Positions 19,780 to 27,346 are shown, numbered from the stretch's first letter. The stretch is 32,000 bases of DNA from Geobacter sulfurreducens PCA (GCF_000007985.2 NC_002939.5:1590001-1622000), one strand, 5' to 3'. Notes: a model not told the origin generated them from the sequence alone. Numbers and translations: made by a program.

Positions 19780-19811
19780 GGCAAAGAAGGGCCCTGTGCC
19801 CTTCTTTTGCC
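19780..19811 (+). terminator. Hairpin terminator after mdh
   Basis: GGCAAAGAAGGGC-CCTGT-GCCCTTCTTTTGCC forms a 13-bp stem with a 1-nt bulge. The T-run lies inside the descending arm. Confidence 0.7.
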
Positions 19812-19865
19812 TTATGGGGGGAGTTGACGTAGTCCGGTCGGTTCCCAATTGAGAAGATATGAGAG

Positions 19866-19894
19866 TTGAAGTTGTATACAGTATGTGCTATATA
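19866..19894 (+). promoter_or_regulatory. Candidate sigma70 promoter of korDABC (TTGAAG-17-TATATA) with a TTGTATAC-type operator filling the spacer
   Basis: TTGAAG at 19866-19871 and TATATA at 19889-19894. The spacer at 19872-19888 is TTGTATAC-A-GTATGTGC, which matches the icd palindrome at 12 of 16 arm positions. Confidence 0.55.
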
Positions 19895-19948
19895 CGTATG
19901 CAATTTTGTGCCGGTAACGGCCCCACTTCAGTAAAGGAGCGTATCTAG

Positions 19949-20143
19949 ATGGAAAAACAGCTTCCAACGATTGAGATCATTGAGAAGTACTGCAAGGGGT
20001 GTCACATCTGTGTTGAGTTCTGCCCCACAAAGGTACTGGAGATGAAAGGGTTCGTCGTGGCGGTAAAGAACCTTGAAGCTTGCATCAAGTGCATGCAGTG
20101 CGAACTGCGGTGTCCCGATTTCGCCATTAAGGTGACCCCTTAA
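19949..20143 (+). CDS. korD: 2-oxoacid:ferredoxin oxidoreductase delta subunit (2x[4Fe-4S] ferredoxin)
   Basis: 64 aa with two CxxCxxCxxxCP motifs (CKGCHICVEFCP and CIKCMQCELRCP). Confidence 0.9.
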   Translation: MEKQLPTIEIIEKYCKGCHICVEFCPTKVLEMKGFVVAVKNLEACIKCMQCELRCPDFAIKVTP

Positions 20144-20166
20144 CTATTCTCGAGGAGGTAAGTGAC

Positions 20167-21300
20167 GTGGCAAAAAAAGTAGCATTTTTACAGGGTAACG
20201 AAGCGGCCGCGCATGGCGCCATATACGCTGGGTGCAAATTCTTCGGTGGTTACCCGATCACTCCGTCGACCGAGGTCGCCGAGGTGATGTCGGCAGAACT
20301 TCCCAAGGTGGGTGGCAAGTTCATTCAGATGGAAGACGAAATCGGAGCCATGGCCGCCATCATCGGTGCCTCCTTGACCGGTGTCAAGGTCCTCACCGCA
20401 ACTTCGGGCCCCGGACTTTCCCTCAAGCAGGAAAACATCGGTTATGCATGCATCACCGAAGTGCCCTGCGTTATTGTTGACGTAATGCGTGGCGGTCCTT
20501 CCACCGGTATGCCTACCGGTCCTTCCCAGTCGGACATCATGTGTGCCAAGTGGGGAACTCACGGAGACCATGCCACCATCGCGCTCATGCCCGCGTCGGT
20601 TCAGGAATGCTTTGAAATGACCGTCAAGGCGTTCAACCTTGCCGAGAAATACCGCGTACCCGTTTTCGTCATGCCCGACGAGATAGTTGGTCACATGCGC
20701 GAGCGTATTGAGTTCCCCGAACCGGGCGAACTGGAGGTGATCGATCGTGCTGCTCCGACCGTGCCGCCCGAGCAGTACAAGCCCTATGATACCCAGTTCG
20801 GCGATGTGCCTCCCCTTGCTGCGTTCGGGTCCGACTACCGTTTCCACGTGACCGGTCTCAACAAGATGGCGGATGGTTTCCCCACCACCAAGGCTGCAAT
20901 CGTTCAGGCCGAGGAAGAGCGCCAGGTACGCAAGGTTGAAGCAAACAAGAACGAAATCATGGAATGGGAAGAGTTCATGTGTGAGGACGCCGACGTGATC
21001 GTCGTCGCCTTCGGCTCGACCTCCCGGTCCGCACGTTTTGCCGTGAACGAGGCCCGTAAGGAAGGCATCAAGGCGGGTCTTTTCCGTCTCAAGACCTTCT
21101 GGCCGTTCCCCGAGGAGCGGATGCTCGAACTTTCCAAAAAGGTAAAGGCCTTCATTACCCCCGAGATGAGCCTTGGTATGTGCAATGGCGTCGTCAAGGG
21201 GTGCATCGAAGGCAACGCTCCTGTCCTCGGTATTTATCACGTGGATGGCGAACCGGTAAATCCCGGCGAAATCCTCAGCAAGATTAAGGAGGTCAAGTAA
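20167..21300 (+). CDS. korA: 2-oxoglutarate:ferredoxin oxidoreductase alpha subunit
   Basis: GTG start with GAGGAGG 9 nt upstream, 377 aa. Contains GNEAAAHGAIYAGCKFFGGYPITPSTE. Substrate assignment rests on the icd/mdh context, not on sequence alone. Confidence 0.85.
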   Translation: MAKKVAFLQGNEAAAHGAIYAGCKFFGGYPITPSTEVAEVMSAELPKVGGKFIQMEDEIGAMAAIIGASLTGVKVLTATSGPGLSLKQENIGYACITEVPCVIVDVMRGGPSTGMPTGPSQSDIMCAKWGTHGDHATIALMPASVQECFEMTVKAFNLAEKYRVPVFVMPDEIVGHMRERIEFPEPGELEVIDRAAPTVPPEQYKPYDTQFGDVPPLAAFGSDYRFHVTGLNKMADGFPTTKAAIVQAEEERQVRKVEANKNEIMEWEEFMCEDADVIVVAFGSTSRSARFAVNEARKEGIKAGLFRLKTFWPFPEERMLELSKKVKAFITPEMSLGMCNGVVKGCIEGNAPVLGIYHVDGEPVNPGEILSKIKEVK

Positions 21301-21302
21301 TA

Positions 21303-22124
21303 ATGGCTTTCAATTATGAGAAATACATCCGTCCGGGGAAACTGCCTCATATCTGGTGCCCCGGCTGTGGTCACGGCATCGTCATGAAGGGTCTCATCAG
21401 GGCGATGGATACACTCGGTCTCGAGAAGAACAATACGGCGATCGTCTCCGGTATCGGTTGTGCCTCCCGTCTTCCCGGATACATGGACTGCTGCACCCTC
21501 CACACCGCACACGGTCGCGCTGCTGCGTTCGCCACCGGCGTAAAGCTGTCTAAGCCGGAAATGACAGTCTTCTGCGTCGGCGGTGATGGAGACGGCGTTG
21601 CTATCGGCGGCAACCACTTCATCCATGCCTGCCGTCGCAACATTGACATGACGTACATTTTGATGAACAACAAAATCTACGGCATGACCGGCGGGCAGTT
21701 CTCGCCGGCTACCCCGCACATGGCGAAAGCTTCCACCACCCCCTATGGCAACCCCGACCCGTCTTTCGACATCGCCAAGCTTGCCATTGGTGCCGGTGCA
21801 ACCTTCGTGGCCCGTGGTACTGCGTTCCACGCCAACCAGATCGACAAGCTGATTGTCGAAGCCGTACAGCACAAGGGGATGTCGGTTGTTGAAATCCTTG
21901 ACGACTGCCCCACCTGCTTCGGCCGTCGGAACAAGTACCGGTCGGTTGTCGAGATGATGAACCATCTCAAGGAAGTTGCCGTACCGGTCAAGGCCGCTGA
22001 GAAGATGACGCCCGAGCAGCTTCAGGGCAAGGTTCTCACGGGCGTTCTGTACAAGGAAGACAAACCCGAGTACTGCGAAGAGTATCGGAAAGTCATCGAG
22101 CGCGCCCAGGGCGGTGCCAAGTAA
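21303..22124 (+). CDS. korB: 2-oxoglutarate:ferredoxin oxidoreductase beta subunit (TPP-binding)
   Basis: 273 aa. Contains WCPGCGHG, and a TPP motif GGDGDGVAIGGNHFIHACRRNIDMTYILMNNKIYGMTGGQ. Confidence 0.88.
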   Translation: MAFNYEKYIRPGKLPHIWCPGCGHGIVMKGLIRAMDTLGLEKNNTAIVSGIGCASRLPGYMDCCTLHTAHGRAAAFATGVKLSKPEMTVFCVGGDGDGVAIGGNHFIHACRRNIDMTYILMNNKIYGMTGGQFSPATPHMAKASTTPYGNPDPSFDIAKLAIGAGATFVARGTAFHANQIDKLIVEAVQHKGMSVVEILDDCPTCFGRRNKYRSVVEMMNHLKEVAVPVKAAEKMTPEQLQGKVLTGVLYKEDKPEYCEEYRKVIERAQGGAK

Positions 22125-22149
22125 ACCGAGCATAAAAGGAGATAGATAC

Positions 22150-22698
22150 ATGTCTGGAAGATATGAAATCAGGTTTTCCGGTGCCGGCGGCCAAGGGCTC
22201 ATTCTTGCCGGGGTGATTATGGCCGAGGCGGCCTCCATCTACGACGGCAAGCAGGCTGTCCAGTCCCAGAGCTATGGCCCTGAGGCACGGGGAGGCGCTT
22301 CCAAGTCGGAAGTCATCATCTCGGATGGTCCGGTTGACTATCCGAAGGCTACGCAGTGCGATGCTCTGCTGGCTCTTACGCAAGAGGCATGCGACAAGTA
22401 CTCCGCCGACCTGAAGGAGGGGGGAGTTCTGCTGGTTGATTCTGACCTCGTTACCAAGCTGCCGCCGGGCAACTACCAAACGACCGCGTTTAATATCATT
22501 AATACCGCAAAGAACGATGTCGGTCGTGAGATCGTTGCCAACATCGTTGCTCTTGGTGCCATGGTTGCCCTGACCGGCGTCGTGTCCAAGGAGGCGGCCG
22601 AGAAGGCGGTCCTTTCCCGTGTTCCCGAGGCTTTTGTGGAGCTGAACAGAAAAGCTTTCCAGATGGGTTTCGAGAAGGCATTGGCTGCAAAAAAATAG
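22150..22698 (+). CDS. korC: 2-oxoglutarate:ferredoxin oxidoreductase gamma subunit
   Basis: I prefer the ATG at 22150 (RBS AAAGGAG at 22135-22141) over the ORF-track start at 22114, which overlaps korB. The N-terminus is MSGRYEIRFSGAGGQGLILAG....SYGPEARGG. Confidence 0.88.
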   Translation: MSGRYEIRFSGAGGQGLILAGVIMAEAASIYDGKQAVQSQSYGPEARGGASKSEVIISDGPVDYPKATQCDALLALTQEACDKYSADLKEGGVLLVDSDLVTKLPPGNYQTTAFNIINTAKNDVGREIVANIVALGAMVALTGVVSKEAAEKAVLSRVPEAFVELNRKAFQMGFEKALAAKK

Positions 22699-22711
22699 TA
22701 TTTGTTCATGT

Positions 22712-22757
22712 GAGAACGACAAAGGCTCGGCGCATGCGTCGGGCCTTTGTCGTTCTC
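22712..22757 (+). terminator. Large perfect hairpin downstream of korC (15-bp stem) without a U-tract
   Basis: GAGAACGACAAAGGC (22712-22726) pairs perfectly with GCCTTTGTCGTTCTC (22743-22757). The 16-nt loop contains GCATGC. It is followed by GGCCAAATCC with no T-run. Confidence 0.45.
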
Positions 22758-22777
22758 GGCCAAATCCTGTTAATCCC

Positions 22778-22806
22778 TTGCGGGCCAAGGCATTATGGGG
22801 TATAAC
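22778..22806 (+). promoter_or_regulatory. Candidate sigma70 promoter of the HD-GYP gene (TTGCGG-17-TATAAC)
   Basis: TTGCGG at 22778-22783, 17-nt spacer, TATAAC at 22801-22806. Confidence 0.35.
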
Positions 22807-22853
22807 GTACGCTAAATGACGGTGCGTTGACCTTTCTTGCCAGGAGTCCTGCC

Positions 22854-24029
22854 ATGACGCTGGAGCTCTGCAGATTGTCGTTGCAGCAGACGCAGGAACT
22901 CCTGAGGCTCACTGATGCCACGCTCAAGAACATATGCTCTCGCAGGTTTTCCGGTGAGGAACTCTACTCCGAGGCGATACGGCGGGTTCTCGGTGGTGGC
23001 GGCAAGCGGGGACCGGAAAGTATTTTTCTCCTCATTGACGGCATTGGTGGTACGAGCAGAGGATGGATCTTTCAGCTCCAAGCAGGAGAGTTGGTAAGAA
23101 GTTCAGATGAAATTCTCGTAGATGCCGACTCGGTTTATTCACTGGGCCGCCTCGGTAGCGAGGTTCTCGTGTCGAACTGGCGTGAGAGCTTCGAGTCGAT
23201 TGAGCGCTATCAGGTAATCTTTCATCCCGACATTGTCAAACATATAGCAAAGCCTATCAGGAACTTTGTCGCATGTCAGATCAGCGGCGAGAGTAATGGT
23301 GCGCTCCTTGCATTTAATTACGCTGGGGAAGCCACAGAGTACGACGGCGATGTGCTTCGCGGACTGTCGGTTGTCATTGGCTCCCTTGTCACGCTGTCGG
23401 TGATGGTTCGCGAAACCGAGCACGCCTTCATTTACACCATCGAGGCATTGGCCCGGGCGTGCGAGGCGGCCGAGGAGAGCACGGGTGATCATATTGTACG
23501 GGTAAATCGCTATGCCGGAGCCCTTGCCGCCCATATGGATCTCTCTCCCGACTTTGTCGAGGTGATTTCCTATTCAGCCCAGATGCACGACGTGGGGAAG
23601 ATTCGGGTTCCGACGGCTATCCTCCTGAAGCCCGGCCCCCTTGATGAGGCTGAAGAACGGGTTATGCGCCTTCACCCGGAATTCGGGGAGCAGATTCTGG
23701 GTGATTCTCCCCGTCTGAGCGTGGCACGGGAGATTGCTCTGAGTCATCATGAGAATTGGGATGGAAGCGGGTATCCCCGAGGCTTGCAGGGTGAAGCCAT
23801 TCCGCTGGCCGGTAGAATCGTGAAGCTTGCGGATGTCTATGATGCACTCCGTTCCAGGCGCAGTTATAAAAAGGCCTTGAGCCACGCAGAAGCGCGCGCT
23901 GTCTTCTTGAACGGCGATGAGCGGATCACGCCACGCAGTCATTTCGACCCTCGGGTTCTTGAGACGTTCTTTCGCATAGAGCCTCTCTTTGAGCGAATCT
24001 ACCAGAGTTCGCGCAACCAGCAAGTATAG
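22854..24029 (+). CDS. HD-GYP domain cyclic-dinucleotide phosphodiesterase with an N-terminal GAF-like sensor region
   Basis: ATG at 22854 (AGGAG at 22842-22846) within ORF 22827..24029. The HD motif is SAQMHDVGKI, the HHExxDGxGYP motif is SHHENWDGSGYPRGL, and KLADVYDAL follows. The sensory domain spans about 190 aa and is not identifiable by eye beyond a GAF-like size. Confidence 0.88.
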   Translation: MTLELCRLSLQQTQELLRLTDATLKNICSRRFSGEELYSEAIRRVLGGGGKRGPESIFLLIDGIGGTSRGWIFQLQAGELVRSSDEILVDADSVYSLGRLGSEVLVSNWRESFESIERYQVIFHPDIVKHIAKPIRNFVACQISGESNGALLAFNYAGEATEYDGDVLRGLSVVIGSLVTLSVMVRETEHAFIYTIEALARACEAAEESTGDHIVRVNRYAGALAAHMDLSPDFVEVISYSAQMHDVGKIRVPTAILLKPGPLDEAEERVMRLHPEFGEQILGDSPRLSVAREIALSHHENWDGSGYPRGLQGEAIPLAGRIVKLADVYDALRSRRSYKKALSHAEARAVFLNGDERITPRSHFDPRVLETFFRIEPLFERIYQSSRNQQV

Positions 24030-24103
24030 GGCGGCGTTGCTGTTCATGTGGGCCGCACGTGCATTTTTTACCTTGAAACTTTAGCATGACAAAGGAGATC
24101 GGA

Positions 24104-25066
24104 ATGTTTCTTCTTCCCAAAGGGAATCCGTTGTACGAGAACATTGCGGCGTCCAAGGTCAAGATCCCCGACATGTTTGAGAAGCTGAAAAGCAGCTCTT
24201 TCACCGGCTATCTCAGCTTTACGTTTCCTTCCTCTATTGCAATTTTCTTTTTTGAGGCCGGAAAGCTGATCAGTGCCATGCTGGAGCATGACGGAAAGAG
24301 GCTGACCGGCTTCGAAGCTATTGCCGGCGTATGTACCCAGATTTTTGGCGGCGGCGGTGCCTTGAGTGTGTACAAGCTTTCCAAAGATCTCACCATGTGT
24401 CTCCATGCGATGCTTCATGGCGATGTGCTGTACCAGGGGCAGGAACTCAAGCTGATCGACATCAAGGGCTTGCTCGAAAAGATGAAAGCTCAGCGCCTCA
24501 ACGGCTGTTTGAGGATATATACCGAGGACCGGACAGCCCTTATCTTTTACAAGGAAGGGGCACCCCTCGGTTTTTTCCATGATGGTTCCCACGATATAGA
24601 GACATCTGCTTCTGAGTCCCAGAAAATTGCCGGCCTGCCCGGTTCCAAAATTGATGTTTTGTCGACCAAGAGTGCTGAAGAGCTCATGCATTACGACCTG
24701 TTGGAAATGGTCAACATCGCCAAGCTCTGGGAGTCGACCACGGCTCGCTTTTCCTCGGAGCGGGAAAAGATCCGGAAAGAAGCGGAGGTTGTTGGTCAGC
24801 AGCATGCAGATGACGCATTGAAGGAGCTTGAAGACGACCTCAAGGAAGTAGCCATGGCCTATGTCGGTAAAATGGGGGCTTCGCTCGTTGAGAAGGAACT
24901 GAATGACCGCGGTGGACGTCGTGCCCTCACAGAGGGTTCCCAGGTTGGTGCATTCCTTGCCGGTGTGGAGAAGGGGGCAAAGCTCCTGACCAGCATATCC
25001 AAAACCAGGGAGATGCTGGAGACCATGAAAAACGAGATCGCAGAACGGACGAAATCACTGCTGTGA
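24104..25066 (+). CDS. Protein with two tandem DUF4388 (PATAN-like) repeats and a charged helical C-terminal domain; function unknown
   Basis: I prefer the ATG at 24104 (AAGGAG at 24092-24097, 6-nt spacing) over 24086. Repeat 1 is IPDMFEKLKSSSFTGYLSFTFPSSIAIFFFEAGKLISA. Repeat 2 is IKGLLEKMKAQRLNGCLRIYTEDRTALIFYKEGAPLGF. The DUF4388 assignment is from memory of the family consensus. Confidence 0.7.
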   Translation: MFLLPKGNPLYENIAASKVKIPDMFEKLKSSSFTGYLSFTFPSSIAIFFFEAGKLISAMLEHDGKRLTGFEAIAGVCTQIFGGGGALSVYKLSKDLTMCLHAMLHGDVLYQGQELKLIDIKGLLEKMKAQRLNGCLRIYTEDRTALIFYKEGAPLGFFHDGSHDIETSASESQKIAGLPGSKIDVLSTKSAEELMHYDLLEMVNIAKLWESTTARFSSEREKIRKEAEVVGQQHADDALKELEDDLKEVAMAYVGKMGASLVEKELNDRGGRRALTEGSQVGAFLAGVEKGAKLLTSISKTREMLETMKNEIAERTKSLL

Positions 25067-25099
25067 CAATGCAATCGTTGGAGCGCTCGAGAGGGAACG

Positions 25100-25837
25100 A
25101 TGGCAGACATATCAACCGTTGACCTGGTTCAGATTATCTTCTGGTTTCTGGCCGGATGCGTAAGTTTTTACTTCAGCATCGACAACGCCCGGGTCTGGAC
25201 CAGTATTTCCATGGGCTTTTTCCTCATTTTCCTGAGTCAGCTCTATGTGGTCGAGAAGGCGCTGGATGCTCCCTGGACCGCGTATACCCAGCTGGAGGCG
25301 ATCCACTACATCATCGGTACCGTTGCCATCATGGTCATGACCCACGGGTTCCAGGAGTATTATATCTTCAGTCGAACCCTTGAACTGGGAGGGAGCAAGC
25401 ATGTCGTCTACCTGTCCATTCTCGGCATTCTCGTGGGGTCAGTGGTCTTTGTCTTTGCCAATCCTGAGCCCCAGTATCCGGTGCTGCGCAACATCGCCAT
25501 GATTGAAAACAGCACCTGGGTTTTCCTGTCGCTGGTGAACATTGATATAATTCGCAAGATTTATCTGCAGATTCGAGATTCTGTGATAGCCAACGGCTTT
25601 ATCGCCTTTGGCGTCGTCTTTATCACGATCTTTCTGTGGAAAGGGTCAGAATTGTACCTTCAGGTCTACAACTGGGACTATGACTGGCAGATCATCATGC
25701 AGAACCTGGGTGTCACATTGCCGGAACAGTTCATGGGGCGCCGCCAGTTTTCCCTGATGGTTCATGATGCAGCCGGGCTTGCTTCGGGGCTGACAGCCGG
25801 CGGCACGTTCCTGTATCTTCTCAGGCTGCTGCGCTGA
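25100..25837 (+). CDS. Integral membrane protein with about 7 predicted TM helices, no recognisable soluble domain; function unknown
   Basis: 245 aa. I count seven hydrophobic segments by eye, for example LVQIIFWFLAGCVSFYFSI, VWTSISMGFFLIFLSQLYVV, IHYIIGTVAIMVMTHGF, VVYLSILGILVGSVVFVFA and GFIAFGVVFITIFLW. It begins 33 nt after the previous gene with a GAGGGA RBS. Confidence 0.75.
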   Translation: MADISTVDLVQIIFWFLAGCVSFYFSIDNARVWTSISMGFFLIFLSQLYVVEKALDAPWTAYTQLEAIHYIIGTVAIMVMTHGFQEYYIFSRTLELGGSKHVVYLSILGILVGSVVFVFANPEPQYPVLRNIAMIENSTWVFLSLVNIDIIRKIYLQIRDSVIANGFIAFGVVFITIFLWKGSELYLQVYNWDYDWQIIMQNLGVTLPEQFMGRRQFSLMVHDAAGLASGLTAGGTFLYLLRLLR

Positions 25838-25859
25838 TCGCTGCTTCTCACATCACGTG

Positions 25860-25892
25860 GAGAAAAGGGCTGGCAAAGCCCTTTTCTCTTTT
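25860..25892 (+). terminator. Rho-independent terminator after the 7-TM gene
   Basis: GAGAAAAGGGC-TGGCAAA-GCCCTTTTCTC is a perfect 11-bp stem followed by TTTTG. Confidence 0.85.
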
Positions 25893-25945
25893 GCGGGCCA
25901 CGTCACGATGCCGGAAAAGCGTGGTACACTCCTCTCGGAGGCTGC

Positions 25946-26560
25946 GTGCAGGAATTCCTCGGCCAATATCTGACAACCTACGGTTACGGAGTGCTCTTTG
26001 TCTGGACCTTCCTTGAGGGCGAGGCAGGGCTCATTCTCGCGGGTTTTCTTGCGTTCCAGGGGTATCTGGATATCGGGGGGGTCATTCTGACCGCCCTTGG
26101 AGGTGCGTTTGCCGGGGATCAGTTCTACTTTTACCTGGGACGCTGGAAAGGGCCCTGGCTGCTGAAGGTGTTCACCCTTATCGCCCGCAAGTTCCGCAAG
26201 GCCCTCCGGCTTATCGAACGTTACGGCACCTTTGTTGCCTTTGTTTCGCGTTACACCTACGGTTTCAGAATCATCTTGCCGATAATTCTCGGCATGACCA
26301 CGTTTCCCGCCCGGCGGTTCCTCTGGCTGAATCTCTGCAGTGCTTTTCTTTGGGCAGTGCTATTTTCACTGGCGGGTTACTTTTTCGGCAAAAGCGCTTC
26401 GCTCTTCGTAGAGGACGTGAGCCGGTACGAGTCGCATCTGCTGGCAATTCTTGCAGGGCTTGTCTTCTGCATGTGGCTGTTTCACTTTATCCATGCCCGC
26501 ATGAGAAGGAGACCCGCCCGTGAACGGCTCAGGCGAATGAGGCAACGGGAGTTCGATTGA
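25946..26560 (+). CDS. DedA family (SNARE-associated/VTT domain) inner-membrane protein
   Basis: GTG start (GGAGG at 25937-25941), 204 aa. Contains YGYGVLFVWTFLEGEAGLILAGFLA....GAFAGDQFYFYLGR...FVSRYTYGFRIILPIILG. Confidence 0.85.
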   Translation: MQEFLGQYLTTYGYGVLFVWTFLEGEAGLILAGFLAFQGYLDIGGVILTALGGAFAGDQFYFYLGRWKGPWLLKVFTLIARKFRKALRLIERYGTFVAFVSRYTYGFRIILPIILGMTTFPARRFLWLNLCSAFLWAVLFSLAGYFFGKSASLFVEDVSRYESHLLAILAGLVFCMWLFHFIHARMRRRPARERLRRMRQREFD

Positions 26561-26578
26561 TGGGAGGAATGAAGAACG

Positions 26579-27346
26579 ATGTCGGATCATGAAGTGACCG
26601 GAGGCGTTTCCCTGAAGGAGCGGGTCGCCATAGTACTGGTGGAGCCGCAGAGCCCCGGCAATGTGGGGATGGTGTGTCGCGCCATGAAGAACATGGGGCT
26701 TGGCGAACTGCGAATCGTAAAGGGGTGCCGTCTCGATCACCCGGAAGCACTCAAGTTTGCCGTTTCCGCCCGTGATCTTCTTGAGAGGGCCAGAGTATTC
26801 GAGTCCCTTGAAGATGCCCTGTCTGATACGGAACTGTCCGTGGCCACGACCCGTCGCCACGGCAAATACCGCCAGGAGATCTTTTCACCGAAGGAGATCG
26901 TGTCGAAGTTTGCCGCCAATCTTGCAGGCAACCGCGCCGCCCTGGTCTTCGGCCGCGAAGATAACGGTTTGACCACCGATGAGCTTTCCCTGTGCCGCTG
27001 GCATGCCACGATCCCCTCGTCGGAGGAGTACGGTTCTTTGAATCTGGCCCAGGCAGTGATGGTGTTCTGTTACGAGCTGTTCACCTCCCTCGGCAGCCGG
27101 ACAGTGGGCGGCGAAGATCGTCCCCTTGCGGGATCAGCCGAAACGGAGCCCCTCTTCGAGCATATGGAGCGCACCCTGATGCGTATCGGGTATCTCAATC
27201 CCCAGAATCCCGCCCATCTGATGCGTTCGCTGCGGCGCATCTTTGCACGCTCCGAGTTGGACAGCCGCGAGGTGGCCATCCTGCGCGGGATGATGACCCA
27301 GATCGATTGGGCCGCCGACCAGTTCAAGGGAAAGAAGGGAGCATGA
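26579..27346 (+). CDS. trmJ: SpoU/TrmH group-1 RNA 2'-O-methyltransferase (TrmJ/LasT-like)
   Basis: 255 aa. VAIVLVEPQSPGNVGMVCRAMKNMGLGELRIV parallels the E. coli TrmJ N-terminus. Also contains ALVFGREDNGLT and SLNLAQAVMVFCYEL. Confidence 0.8.
   Translation: MSDHEVTGGVSLKERVAIVLVEPQSPGNVGMVCRAMKNMGLGELRIVKGCRLDHPEALKFAVSARDLLERARVFESLEDALSDTELSVATTRRHGKYRQEIFSPKEIVSKFAANLAGNRAALVFGREDNGLTTDELSLCRWHATIPSSEEYGSLNLAQAVMVFCYELFTSLGSRTVGGEDRPLAGSAETEPLFEHMERTLMRIGYLNPQNPAHLMRSLRRIFARSELDSREVAILRGMMTQIDWAADQFKGKKGA

Noticed and set aside
24030-24075. Possible terminator GCACGTGC + ATTTTTT between the HD-GYP and DUF4388 genes.
   Set aside because: The 8-bp palindrome leaves no loop, and the alternative GCGGC/GCCGC stem is only 5 bp with a 16-nt loop. 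At best it is a weak attenuator, so I did not call it as a feature.
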